NCBI GenBank assembly: GCA_031362565.1
Contig: JANLSU010000014.1
Span: 32,001-96,000, forward strand
Source: a bacterium
Lineage (GTDB): Bacteria; Krumholzibacteriota; Krumholzibacteriia; G020349025
Length of the DNA stretch: 64,000 bases
Reading direction: 5' to 3'
The notes below the pieces were generated by a model. The model saw only the letters and a program-made list of their open reading frames with translations, made no database searches and was not told the origin of the DNA. The stretch's first letter is position 1. Each line of letters opens with the position of its first letter. Below, piece after piece: positions 22,165-31,641 of the stretch. A program made the position numbers and the translations under genes.

Positions 22165-23049
22165 ATGAACGACGCGACGACGATCGAGGCCTTCGTGCGG
22201 CGCCTGCGCGCCGAAGTCGCGCCGCGTACGGTCGAAGCGTACGAGCGCGATGTGCGCGCCTTCTTCGGCAACGAAGCGCCCAGTCCCAAAGCATTGGCCG
22301 CCGTCGATCCCGACCTGGTGCGCGCCCACCTCGCGAGTCTGGTACGGGCCCGCAACCGGCCGCGCACCGTGGCGCGACGGCTGGCGGCGTTGCGGCGTTT
22401 TTTCCGGCATTGCATCGAGATCGAGGTGCGAACCACCGACCCGACGCTGGGGCTGCGGGCGCCGAAACTCGACCGGCTGTTGCCGCGCTTCATCGACGAG
22501 GCGGGTGCGTTGCGGATGTTCGACGTGATCGATACCGCGAGCCCGCGCGGCCGGCGCGACCGCACCGTGCTCGAACTTTTGTACGGCACCGGCATGCGCC
22601 TGGGAGAACTCGTCGAACTGGATCGCGCGGCGGTCGAGGCTGAATCGGAAACCCTCCGGGTGCGCGGCAAGGGCGATAAAGAGCGTCTGTTGCCGCTCAC
22701 GGGAACCGTGCGCACGACGATTCTGCGCTACCTGCATGAGACGCCGGTCCCAAAGCCGGATGCCCGCGGCCGCGTGCCCCTCTTGGCAGGACGGGACGGC
22801 GGACGCTTGTCGCGCCGCACCGTGCAGCGGCTCGTCGGCGCGGCGATTCGGCGCGCCGCGCAGGCTTCGAAAGCCAGTCCGCACGTGTTGCGCCACAGTT
22901 TTGCGACCCATCTCTTGAATGCCGGTGCCGATCTGCGCGCCGTGCAGGAGTTGCTGGGACACAGCCGGCTCGGGACGACCCAGATCTATACGCACGTGTC
23001 GCTCGAGAGGGCTCGCAGCGCGTACACCCGGGCCCATCCGCGGGCTTGA
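22165..23049 (+). CDS. xerC: Tyrosine recombinase XerC
   Basis: LYGTGMR, GKGDKER, PHVLRHSFATHLL, LLGHS, TQIYTHV, HPRA; directly after topA. Confidence 0.85.
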   Translation: MNDATTIEAFVRRLRAEVAPRTVEAYERDVRAFFGNEAPSPKALAAVDPDLVRAHLASLVRARNRPRTVARRLAALRRFFRHCIEIEVRTTDPTLGLRAPKLDRLLPRFIDEAGALRMFDVIDTASPRGRRDRTVLELLYGTGMRLGELVELDRAAVEAESETLRVRGKGDKERLLPLTGTVRTTILRYLHETPVPKPDARGRVPLLAGRDGGRLSRRTVQRLVGAAIRRAAQASKASPHVLRHSFATHLLNAGADLRAVQELLGHSRLGTTQIYTHVSLERARSAYTRAHPRA

Positions 23050-23080
23050 GTCATCGTGGCTGTAATGCACGCCAGGGAGA

Positions 23081-24283
23081 GTGAAGATGCGGCGAGTGAA
23101 GCGCGGAGGATTTCCAGGCGGCGTCCGGCTCGTGGCGGCGCTTTGCTGCCTCGCACTAGCGGCTTGTGCGCGGGTCGGGGAATTGCCCGGCGGTGAACCC
23201 GATCGCGAACCGCCGCACCTCATCTCGGTCGTACCGCCGGACTCGACCACGAGCATCCGGCTCCAGCCGGCCTTCGAACTTCTGTTCGACGAACCGTTGA
23301 GCAGTGCGGCGGCACGGCGTGCGGTGCACATCACGCCGAACGTCCGCACCGAGGTCAAGGCGGCCGGCCGCCGGTTGCACATTCAGGTCCTCGAAGCGTT
23401 GCCGCCCGATACGCTCGTTGTCGTGACGATCACCAAACAACTGCAGGATGCGCCGCAGCGCGACAACAAGATCACGCGTGAGATCGTGTTGACATATTCG
23501 ACCGGTCCCAAACTGCGCGGCGCGGCCCTCTTCGGCCGGGTTTTCATCAAGGGCAAGACCGACAAGCGCGCCGCGGTCGTTTGGGAACCGGTGCAGCGCG
23601 ACACGACGCACACCGCGCGCCCGGTCGTGGGCCCGGTGGCCGGCGTCGACGCCGAAGGCCTCTTCCGGTTGGGTGGGATCCCACCTCTCGTGCCGTTCCG
23701 TTTGCGCGCCTTCCTCGATGCGAACGACAACTTGCGTGCCGATGAGAGCGAGTTGGCGGCCGTGTGGCCCGATACTTTCCGCTTGGCGCTGGGCGAGGTG
23801 CGGCGTGGCCTGGCGCTCGACGTCACCGATCCCAAGGAGCCGGCGACGCTTGTCGGTGTCGCGGTGAACAGCACGCGGCTGCGCGGCTCGCTCGCAGTCG
23901 CCCTGCGGCGCCTGATGCCGGCGCTCGACGACTCGGCGCTGGCCGACACGACACGCAGTGACCCGCGCCGCGGCAACACCCGGCCGATCGCCCGCCGCGA
24001 CACGTCGGCCTGGGCGCCGGCCTACGCCCGGCTCGATCCGCGCCACGTGCCGCGCGGTGCGTGGCAATTGGTGTACGCATCGCCGCGCGGCGACTACAGT
24101 GTGAGGGTCGCGCCCGGCCGCGTGGCCCTCGTCGCCTTTGTCGACGTGCAGCGGGACTCCCTGCCGGGCGTGTATGCGCGTGCCGACTCGAGTGGCTTCG
24201 ACTGGGAACCGCTCGTTCTGGGCGATACGCTGGATGTGCTTCCCGGCGCCAAGCTGCGGCCACGCGCTCTCGACGTGCGCTGA
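23081..24283 (+). CDS. Lipoprotein with Ig-like (Big_5-type) domain
   Basis: Lipobox LALAAC; P.GG..D..PP.L...PPD...FDEP motif; later AFLDANDNL and AFVDVQRD beta-sandwich segments. Confidence 0.68.
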   Translation: MKMRRVKRGGFPGGVRLVAALCCLALAACARVGELPGGEPDREPPHLISVVPPDSTTSIRLQPAFELLFDEPLSSAAARRAVHITPNVRTEVKAAGRRLHIQVLEALPPDTLVVVTITKQLQDAPQRDNKITREIVLTYSTGPKLRGAALFGRVFIKGKTDKRAAVVWEPVQRDTTHTARPVVGPVAGVDAEGLFRLGGIPPLVPFRLRAFLDANDNLRADESELAAVWPDTFRLALGEVRRGLALDVTDPKEPATLVGVAVNSTRLRGSLAVALRRLMPALDDSALADTTRSDPRRGNTRPIARRDTSAWAPAYARLDPRHVPRGAWQLVYASPRGDYSVRVAPGRVALVAFVDVQRDSLPGVYARADSSGFDWEPLVLGDTLDVLPGAKLRPRALDVR

Positions 24284-24302
24284 ACCACAAAGGAGGACGA
24301 CG

Positions 24303-25187
24303 ATGTTGCGCGGCGTGTGGACGGCGCTCGTGACGCCTTTTCGCGACGGGACCGTCGACTTGGAGGCGTTCCGCGGGCTCGTTGCGACGCAAACAGCGGC
24401 CGGCGTCGATGGGGTCATCGTCTGCGGCTCGACGGGTGAGGCGGCGACACTTTCGAACTCCGAACGCAGCCGGCTCGTCGAAGTCGCGCTCGAGGCGTGC
24501 CGGGGCACCGGCACCCAGGTCTGGGTCGGCACCGGCACCAATGCCACCGAGTCGAGCATCGAACTGACCCGCGCTGCCGAGGCCCAAGGCGCCCGGGGCG
24601 CCATGGTCGTCGCGCCCTACTACAACAAGCCAACCCAAGAAGGGCTCTTCCGGCACTTCGAGGCAGTTGCGCTCGCTACGTCCCTCCCGTTGATTGTCTA
24701 CAACGTGCCGGGCCGTACGGGCGTCAACATCGCGCCCGAGACCATCGCTCGCCTGCACGCGCTCGGACGCTACGCGGCCGTGAAGGAGGCAAGCGGCTCG
24801 CTCGATCAGGTGAGCGACATCCGCGCCCAGTGCGACATGACGGTGCTCTCCGGAGACGACTCGCTGACGGTGCCCATGATGGCGCTGGGCGCGACCGGCA
24901 TCATTTCGGTGGTGTCCAACCTGCTGCCGGGTGCGTTGCGCTCGATGGTGGATGCTTGCGCCGCCGGCGACTGGGCGCTCGGCCGCACCTGGCACTTCCG
25001 GCTCCTACCCTTTTTCCGGGCGGCATTCTGGGAAACGAATCCCTCGCCGGTCAAAATGTTGCTGCACCTCGACGGGGCGGGCATGACGCCCGAAACACGC
25101 CTGCCGCTCGTCCCGGCGAGCGACGCGCTACGGGTGCGGCTCGAGGCCGTGCTCCGCGCCGCGACTTGGCGAGAGGGACGCACGTGA
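24303..25187 (+). CDS. dapA: 4-hydroxy-tetrahydrodipicolinate synthase
   Basis: TALVTPF, GSTGE, PYYNKPTQEG, YNVPGRTG, VKEASG, SGDD, ETNP.PVK; AGGAGG RBS. Confidence 0.95.
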   Translation: MLRGVWTALVTPFRDGTVDLEAFRGLVATQTAAGVDGVIVCGSTGEAATLSNSERSRLVEVALEACRGTGTQVWVGTGTNATESSIELTRAAEAQGARGAMVVAPYYNKPTQEGLFRHFEAVALATSLPLIVYNVPGRTGVNIAPETIARLHALGRYAAVKEASGSLDQVSDIRAQCDMTVLSGDDSLTVPMMALGATGIISVVSNLLPGALRSMVDACAAGDWALGRTWHFRLLPFFRAAFWETNPSPVKMLLHLDGAGMTPETRLPLVPASDALRVRLEAVLRAATWREGRT

Positions 25188-25963
25188 ACCACGCTGTCGT
25201 CGTCATCGGCGCCGCCGGCCGAATGGGCCGTTTGGTGACTGCGGGCCTGCGCCAAGCGGGATTCGACGACATCGTCGGGTTCGATCCCGGCGCCACGGGG
25301 GAGCTCACGATCGATGGGGCAGCGCTCACACTCGTCGCCGATCCCATCGGAGCGCTCGGCGAACAGGGCGTCATCGTCGATTTCTCGCACCCGGCGGCGA
25401 CGCCGCTCTTGGTTCGCGCCGCGGAATTGCGCCATGCCCGGCTCGTTATCGGCACCACCGGCCAGGACGCGGCGCAACTGCAGGCGTTGCGCGACCTTGG
25501 AGCGTCGGTGCCGGTCGTCCTCGCGCGCAACTTCAGCCTTGGTCTCAATCGAGTGCTTCAACTCCTTCCACATGCTAGTGTTTTGGTCGATGATGGTTTC
25601 GATGTCGAGTGTGTGGAAGTGCACCACCGCCAAAAACGCGATGCCCCGAGCGGCACGGCGCTCGCGCTCCTCGAGGCGCTCGGAACCGGCCGCGCCCCCG
25701 CGGTGCATGGGCGATCGGGGCCGAACGCGCTACGCGGTCCGGGCGAAGTCGGCGTGCATAGCCTGCGCATGGGACAAGTCATCGGTGAGCACACCCTCTA
25801 TTTTGGCGGCGAGCACGAGGTCATCGAGATCCGCCACCGGGCGCTCGATCGCGCCGCATTCGTGAGCGGTGTGGCGCCGGCGGTGCGCTTCGCAGCGCGG
25901 GCACCGGCGGGGTTCTATTCGATGTTGGACGTGATGCGCGATGCGTCTGGGGCGGAAGCATAG
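25184..25963 (+). CDS. dapB: 4-hydroxy-tetrahydrodipicolinate reductase
   Basis: GAAGRMG, DFSHP, IGTTG, NFSLG, EVHHRQKRDAPSGTA; GTGA overlap with dapA. Confidence 0.95.
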   Translation: MNHAVVVIGAAGRMGRLVTAGLRQAGFDDIVGFDPGATGELTIDGAALTLVADPIGALGEQGVIVDFSHPAATPLLVRAAELRHARLVIGTTGQDAAQLQALRDLGASVPVVLARNFSLGLNRVLQLLPHASVLVDDGFDVECVEVHHRQKRDAPSGTALALLEALGTGRAPAVHGRSGPNALRGPGEVGVHSLRMGQVIGEHTLYFGGEHEVIEIRHRALDRAAFVSGVAPAVRFAARAPAGFYSMLDVMRDASGAEA

Positions 25964-28832
25964 GCGGCGGGGCGTCGCAACCCTGCGGGCGGCCGCCGGT
26001 CTGACCGCGCTCCTGGCGCTGGCGGCGACTCCGGCGCGCGCCCAGTATCTCTTCGGGCAAAACAAGGTCATCTACGGCGCCAAAGACTGGAAGGTGCTCG
26101 AGACCCCGCGGCTCGACGTCTACTACTACGCCGGCGAAGAGCAACTGGCCCAGGTGCTGGCCGACTTTGCCGAGAAGACCTGCATCGAGTACGAGGCTTA
26201 TTTCCGCCACAAGTTCGACGACAAGATCCCGCTCGTCCTGTATGCGTCGCACCACGATTTCAAGCAGACCAACATCATCGATGCGATGATTTCGGACTAC
26301 GTCGGCGGCTTCACCGAATCGATCCGGGGCCGGGTGGCGATTCCGCACACCGGCTCCATGACGCAGCTCTGCAACGTGACCCGCCACGAGCTCGTGCACG
26401 CTTTCATGAACGACAAACTGGCGCACCTGTTCAACGCCAAGCGCCGCTACAGCGCCGGCGGCCCGCCGCTCTGGTTCTCGGAGGGTCTCGCCGAGTACGT
26501 CGCGCTCCGGACACCGGACAGCGAAGCGCACATGTTCCTGCGCGATCTGGTCGTTAACGGCAACCTGGTCGAGTTGCCGGACCTGTGGCGCATCGCCGGC
26601 AGTTTCCTCATGTATAAAGAAGGGGAGTCGCTCACCGGCTATATCGCCGGCCGGTTCGGCGATGAAGCGCTGGTGCAGCTGCTCGAGAACTGGTGGCGGA
26701 GCGACCGCTTCGAAGTCGTGCTGCAGCTCACCCTCGGTATCAGCACCGAAGAATTGAATCGCGACTGGGTGCGTTACTTGAAGCGCCGGTACTATCCGGC
26801 GGTACTGGACGCCGACTGGGCGGATCACGAAGGTGCGGCTGCAACCCGTGGCCGGGGACTCAATACGCGCCCGGCGCCGTATGCCGCCACCCAGCGGGCG
26901 GACGGGACGTGCGATTTCGTCTTCTTGTCGTCGCGCTCGGGCAGCGTCGATGTGGTGTACGCCCGGCCCGCAGCGGACAGCGCCGGCAGCCACGAATTCG
27001 ATTGGCTGCCGTACCGGTTCGACACCCTGGTGCGCGGCGGCCGGAGCGATCGGGTCGAATCCATTCCGCCGTTTGCGAGCGGCATGGAAATTCACGACCA
27101 CCGGTTGGCCTTCACGACGAAATCCGGGGCGCATGACGCGCTTGTTTTGTGGGATCTACAGCACCGGGGCGAAATTGCCCGCTTCAAGTTCGACGAACTG
27201 GTGGCGCTTGCGAGCCCAACGTGGTCGCCCGATGGGCGTGCGATCGCCTTCGCGGCATTGGACCGCCGGGGCTGGCCGGATCTCTACCGGTTGACGCTCG
27301 CCGACGGCGCTCTCGAACGGCTGACGTTCGACCCCGCCGACGACCGTGATCCGGACTGGAGTCACGACGGCACGCGCTTGGCTTGGAGTTCGGATCGCGA
27401 TGCGGCGGCACACGACGGCGTCTATCACCTGTGGACGCTCGATGTCGCGACCGGGGTGGCGCGGCCTCTCACCTCCGGCACCGAGGACGACGCGGCACCG
27501 GCGTGGAGCCCCGACGACACGTCGCTCCTGTACACGAGCGATGCCGGCGGCCAGACCAACGTGTACCTGTACGAATGCGAATCGGGCGCGATTTCACAGG
27601 TGACGTCGACGCTCGGCGGCATCTTCACGCCCGAGTGGCTGCCGGACGGCAAGAGTTTCCTGGCGTCGTCGTTCAGCAACATCTCGTTCAACGTGGTGCG
27701 TTTTCAGGTCGAGCGGCGGCGGCGCGTCGAGCCGGCCGTGCCGGCCCAAGCGCTCGTTGCGGATGCCGCTCGTGCGGCGCCGCCGGTGTCGGTCACCGCC
27801 GGAGCACCCGCCGACTGGGTGCGTACGGCACGCCTCAATTCATTCCAGAATCGCGCCTATCGGGTGCGTTTTGGGCTCGACTTCGTGCGCACGGCGGTCG
27901 CCTTCGACCCGGATTTCGCGTCGGCGACCGGCGGCCAGTTGGGGCTGACCGACCTGCTCGGCAACCATCAAGTGTTCTTGCATGCGAGCAACGATGCCAA
28001 CGATGTCAGCGAGTTCTGGCAGCATCTGAATGTTGGCGCGACGTATGTGAATCTTTCGCACCGGGTCAACTACAGCCTCGGGGCCTTCAACTTGACGAGT
28101 GTGTACGACCCGCGGCTCGATCTCTACCGGTACGAACGCCGCACCGGCATGCTGGTTGGCGCCTCGTATCCGCTGTCGCGTTTCCGGCGCATCGAATCGA
28201 CCTTGGTGGGACGGGTTTCGAAACGCGAGGTCGACCTCGGGCGGCAGAGTGTGCTCATCAGCGACTTCACGTCGTTCGTCCACGACAACACCCTGTGGTC
28301 GGTGGCCGGACCGACGGATGGAACGCGTTTCAATTTGACGTTCGGCGGCACGGTGGACGTCACCGGTACGGGCCGTGGCGGCACCTCTTTGCAAGCCGAC
28401 CTGCGACGCTATACGCCGCTGCCGATGCGGAGTGTGCTGGCGCTGCGTGGCATTGGCCGCGCCAATTGGGGCGACGACCTGGGTTACTTCTATATGGGCG
28501 GGCCGTTCGATGTGCGCGGCTATCCGCGCCGTTCGCTCTTCGGGACCCGCACGTTGCTCTTCAACGGCGAGTTGCGATTCCCGCTCGTCGACCGCTTGCT
28601 GGTCGGCCTGCCGTTCAACAACATCGAATTGGGCGGCTTCCGCGGCGCCCTCTTCGCCGACGCGGCCTACGCCGGCCCGCCACTATCGCTGTGGGCGGGA
28701 AGCCTCGGCATGGGCTTCGAACTGGGATTGGGTGGCGGGTTCATCGCCCGCTGGGACCTGGGCCGCAGGCACGATTTCCACCACCTCGAACCGCAATCTT
28801 TCTCGCGCTTCTTCCTCGGCTGGGATTACTGA
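25941..28832 (+). CDS. Outer-membrane Omp85/BamA-family protein with N-terminal peptidase-MA-like domain and TolB/PD40 beta-propeller
   Basis: Signal peptide ARA-QY, FGQNKV; RHELVH..WFSEGLAEY; PD40 repeats (PTWSPDG, PDWSHDG, PAWSPD, PEWLPDG); barrel loop motif GG..DVRGY; C-terminal GWDY. Confidence 0.82.
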   Translation: MRLGRKHRRRGVATLRAAAGLTALLALAATPARAQYLFGQNKVIYGAKDWKVLETPRLDVYYYAGEEQLAQVLADFAEKTCIEYEAYFRHKFDDKIPLVLYASHHDFKQTNIIDAMISDYVGGFTESIRGRVAIPHTGSMTQLCNVTRHELVHAFMNDKLAHLFNAKRRYSAGGPPLWFSEGLAEYVALRTPDSEAHMFLRDLVVNGNLVELPDLWRIAGSFLMYKEGESLTGYIAGRFGDEALVQLLENWWRSDRFEVVLQLTLGISTEELNRDWVRYLKRRYYPAVLDADWADHEGAAATRGRGLNTRPAPYAATQRADGTCDFVFLSSRSGSVDVVYARPAADSAGSHEFDWLPYRFDTLVRGGRSDRVESIPPFASGMEIHDHRLAFTTKSGAHDALVLWDLQHRGEIARFKFDELVALASPTWSPDGRAIAFAALDRRGWPDLYRLTLADGALERLTFDPADDRDPDWSHDGTRLAWSSDRDAAAHDGVYHLWTLDVATGVARPLTSGTEDDAAPAWSPDDTSLLYTSDAGGQTNVYLYECESGAISQVTSTLGGIFTPEWLPDGKSFLASSFSNISFNVVRFQVERRRRVEPAVPAQALVADAARAAPPVSVTAGAPADWVRTARLNSFQNRAYRVRFGLDFVRTAVAFDPDFASATGGQLGLTDLLGNHQVFLHASNDANDVSEFWQHLNVGATYVNLSHRVNYSLGAFNLTSVYDPRLDLYRYERRTGMLVGASYPLSRFRRIESTLVGRVSKREVDLGRQSVLISDFTSFVHDNTLWSVAGPTDGTRFNLTFGGTVDVTGTGRGGTSLQADLRRYTPLPMRSVLALRGIGRANWGDDLGYFYMGGPFDVRGYPRRSLFGTRTLLFNGELRFPLVDRLLVGLPFNNIELGGFRGALFADAAYAGPPLSLWAGSLGMGFELGLGGGFIARWDLGRRHDFHHLEPQSFSRFFLGWDY

Positions 28833-28877
28833 GCTCGACGTCTCGACCGCTTGGGCGATGCAGGCAGGGTTCCTGCT

Positions 28878-28886
28878 TGCTATCAT
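28878..28886 (+). promoter_or_regulatory. Possible extended -10 promoter of the DUF2786-like gene
   Basis: TGcTATCAT, overlapping the inverted repeat GCAGGCAGG/CCTGCTTGC (28860-28880). Confidence 0.4.
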
Positions 28887-28941
28887 TCGCCGCCTGGGCA
28901 GCGCGTTGTCGTGGGCGCCGAGATCCGCAACACAAGGAGCG

Positions 28942-29451
28942 ATGGGTGTGAACGCAGACGACAGCCGGCGCTTGGAAGAGCAGCAGCTCATCGAACGGCT
29001 CCGCAAGATCGAAGCCCTCTTCGCTCGACCGGGTACGGAGGGGGAACGGGCGGCAGCCGGCAACGCCGCGGAGCGGGTGCGGGCGCGCCTCGATGGGTTC
29101 AAGGACAAGGAGCCGCTGCGGGTCACGCAGTTCTCGATCCACGATCCGTGGGCTCGCATGCTGTTCTTGGCGCTCGTGCGGCGCTCGGGCTTGAACCCGT
29201 ACCGGGAGAAGGGCCAGCGCCGGACGACTGTCATGGTCCGCGCCAAAGTGGGCTTCATCGAGACCACCCTGTGGCCGGAGTTCCTGGAACTCGAGCGCAC
29301 CCTGCAAGGCTACCTGCACGAGATCACCCAGCGGGTCATCTCCCAAGCGATCCACAGCGACGTGCGTGACGCGGAGGAGCAATCCACGTCTGCCAGCGCG
29401 CCGGGCCAAAGAGCCCTCGGCTTGGACCGCGCCGCGGGCGGCCCGGGGTAG
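28942..29451 (+). CDS. Hypothetical protein with DUF2786-like N-terminus
   Basis: AAGGAG RBS; LIERLRKIEALF...TEGERAAA helical motif. Confidence 0.6.
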   Translation: MGVNADDSRRLEEQQLIERLRKIEALFARPGTEGERAAAGNAAERVRARLDGFKDKEPLRVTQFSIHDPWARMLFLALVRRSGLNPYREKGQRRTTVMVRAKVGFIETTLWPEFLELERTLQGYLHEITQRVISQAIHSDVRDAEEQSTSASAPGQRALGLDRAAGGPG

Positions 29452-29472
29452 GCTCAATCGCTCCTCCGGCGG

Positions 29473-29502
29473 TTGACACGGGGCGGGGCGCCTTGTTAGC
29501 CT
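29473..29502 (+). promoter_or_regulatory. Sigma-70-type promoter of rpsT
   Basis: TTGACA (29473-29478), 18 nt, TAGCCT (29497-29502), with extended TG. Confidence 0.65.
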
Positions 29503-29538
29503 GTCGGGTCTGGTTCCGACCTGGAGGTCCTACGGGGC

Positions 29539-29808
29539 ATGCCCCATCATAAGCAGTACGTGAAGACATTGCGGAAAGACGCCAAACGGCGGATCGTGAA
29601 TCGCTCGAAGCGGTCGACGTTGCGCACGGCGCTTCGCGAGTTCCGCGCCCAGACCGACGCCACGAAGGCGGCGGCGCTGGTCCCGAAGGTGTCGGCGCTC
29701 CTCGACAAGGGTGCGAAGACGAACCTCATCCATCCGAGCACGGCGAGCCGGCTCAAGTCGCGCCTCGCCCTGACCGTGATTCGTTTGCAGTCGCGCACCG
29801 CGGCCTGA
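29539..29808 (+). CDS. rpsT: 30S ribosomal protein S20
   Basis: 89 aa basic protein; NRSKRSTLRT, LDKGAK.NLIH...ASRLKSRL; GGAGG RBS. Confidence 0.93.
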   Translation: MPHHKQYVKTLRKDAKRRIVNRSKRSTLRTALREFRAQTDATKAAALVPKVSALLDKGAKTNLIHPSTASRLKSRLALTVIRLQSRTAA

Positions 29809-29819
29809 AGGGCCGCGGT
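29797..29819. terminator. Hairpin between convergent rpsT and proS
   Basis: ACCGCGGCC-TGAAG-GGCCGCGGT, a perfect 9-bp stem spanning the rpsT stop codon. Confidence 0.4.
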
Positions 29820-29835
29820 CGCGCGTCGGCGCGTT

Positions 29836-31545
29836 TCATCCTGCCCGCACTGCGTTCAGCACCGCGCCCAGCAAGTCCTTGCGGCCGTGGTGGGTGACTT
29901 CCTTGGTGCGCCGGTCGCGGATCTCCAGTTTGTCCTCGTTCAAGCCACGCTCACCGATCGTCACCCGGGTCGGAATCCCGATGAGATCGGCGTCCTTGAA
30001 CTTGCCTCCGGGCCGCAGGTCGCGATCGTCGAGCAGGGCATCGACTCCGGCCGCCCGCAGCCCGGCGTAGAGGTCCTCGGCAACGCTGACGCTTTCGGCG
30101 TGGGTTCCCGACAAGGGCAGGATCACCACATCGAACGGCGCGATCGAGCGCGGCCAGGTGATGCCGTCCGCGTCGTAGTGCTGTTCGATCGCCGCCGCCA
30201 CGGTGCGCGTCACGCCAAGTCCGTAGCAACCCATCACGAACGGTTTTTCCTGGCCGGCCTCGTCCAAGAAGTTGGCGCCCATGGCCTGGCTGTACTTGAG
30301 ACCCAACTTGAAGATGTGGCCGACCTCGATGCCGCGCGATGAAACGAGCCCGCCCTTGCAGCGCGGACAGCCGTCGCCGGCCCGCCCCTGCACGAGATCG
30401 CCCCAGGCGGCAACCTGGAAGTCGCGCCCCGCAACGACGCCGCGCAAGTGGGTATCGGTGCGGTTGGCGCCGACCGTCAAACCCCGGTCGCCGCGCAACG
30501 TCGAATCAGCGACGATGCGCACCGAGGCGGGCAACTTCACCGGCCCCGCGAAACCAACGTCGGCGCCGGTCACGGCGCGCACCTCTTCGGGCAGCAGCGG
30601 GCGGAAATTGCCGCTGCCGGCAAGCCGCGCGAATTTGGCTTCGTTCAAGTCGCGATGGCCGGGCAGGAGCGCTGCCACGTCCTGGTCATCGACCTTGAAA
30701 AGCAACGTCTTGACGAGCGTGTGCGGCGCCACCTGCAAGAAACCCGATACTTCCTCGATGGTGCGTTTGCCGGGCGTCGCGACCTCTTCGGGCGCCGCCG
30801 ATCCGGCCGGACGCTCGAGCACTTCCGGCGCGATCTCGGCGCGCTCGGCGTTGGCCGCGTAGCCGCACGAATCGCACGACAGGATCTCCGATTCGCCGTT
30901 CGCCGCCAACACCATGAACTCGTGGCTCTCACTGCCGCCGATCAAACCGGTGTCGGCCTCGACGCGCCGGAAATCGAGCCCGCAGCGTTCGAGGATCCGG
31001 CCGTAGGCACCGCGCATCGCCTGATATGTGAGATCGAGCGAGGCCTCGTCGGTGTGGAAGCTGTACGCATCCTTCATCATGAATTCCCGCGCCCGCATGA
31101 CGCCGAAGCGCGGCCGGATCTCGTCCCGAAACTTGACCTGGATCTGATACAGCGTCTGCGGCAGCTGCCGGTAACTGCGCAGCGTGTTGCGCACGAGCGC
31201 CGTGACGATTTCCTCGTGCGTCGGTCCGAGAGCGAAATCATGTTCGTGCCGGTCGCGAAAGCGCATGAGTTCCTTGCCGAAGGCACCCCAACGGCCCGAC
31301 TCTTCCCATAGATCGGCGGGCTGCAGAACCGGCATGACGATTTCTTGCGAGTCGATGCGGTCCATTTCGTCGCGCACGATGCGCGCCACACGCGCCACGG
31401 TCCGCGTTCCGAGAGGCAACTGCGTGAACACCCCGGCTGCCACCTTGCGCACCATGCCGGCGCGCATCATGAGCTGGTGGCTGACGATTTCGGCGTCGGA
31501 TGGGGTTTCCTTGAGAGTCGGAATGAAGGCCTTCGACCAGCGCAT
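29836..31545 (-). CDS. proS: Proline--tRNA ligase (bacterial type with editing domain)
   Basis: SHQLMMRAG, LGPTHEE, KFRDEIRPRFG.MRAREF.MKDAYSF, GIEVGHIF.LG, MGCYGLG, DADLIGIP; GAAAGGA RBS. Confidence 0.97.
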   Translation of the reverse strand: MRWSKAFIPTLKETPSDAEIVSHQLMMRAGMVRKVAAGVFTQLPLGTRTVARVARIVRDEMDRIDSQEIVMPVLQPADLWEESGRWGAFGKELMRFRDRHEHDFALGPTHEEIVTALVRNTLRSYRQLPQTLYQIQVKFRDEIRPRFGVMRAREFMMKDAYSFHTDEASLDLTYQAMRGAYGRILERCGLDFRRVEADTGLIGGSESHEFMVLAANGESEILSCDSCGYAANAERAEIAPEVLERPAGSAAPEEVATPGKRTIEEVSGFLQVAPHTLVKTLLFKVDDQDVAALLPGHRDLNEAKFARLAGSGNFRPLLPEEVRAVTGADVGFAGPVKLPASVRIVADSTLRGDRGLTVGANRTDTHLRGVVAGRDFQVAAWGDLVQGRAGDGCPRCKGGLVSSRGIEVGHIFKLGLKYSQAMGANFLDEAGQEKPFVMGCYGLGVTRTVAAAIEQHYDADGITWPRSIAPFDVVILPLSGTHAESVSVAEDLYAGLRAAGVDALLDDRDLRPGGKFKDADLIGIPTRVTIGERGLNEDKLEIRDRRTKEVTHHGRKDLLGAVLNAVRAG

Positions 31546-31641
31546 GCGGTTCCTTTCATTGCCTCGAACAGCTTCGGAGCGCGCAGCGTACCGCACCGGC
31601 GCCGGGCGCTCAATGGCTGCGGCAAAAGGGGTCAGGGGCCT

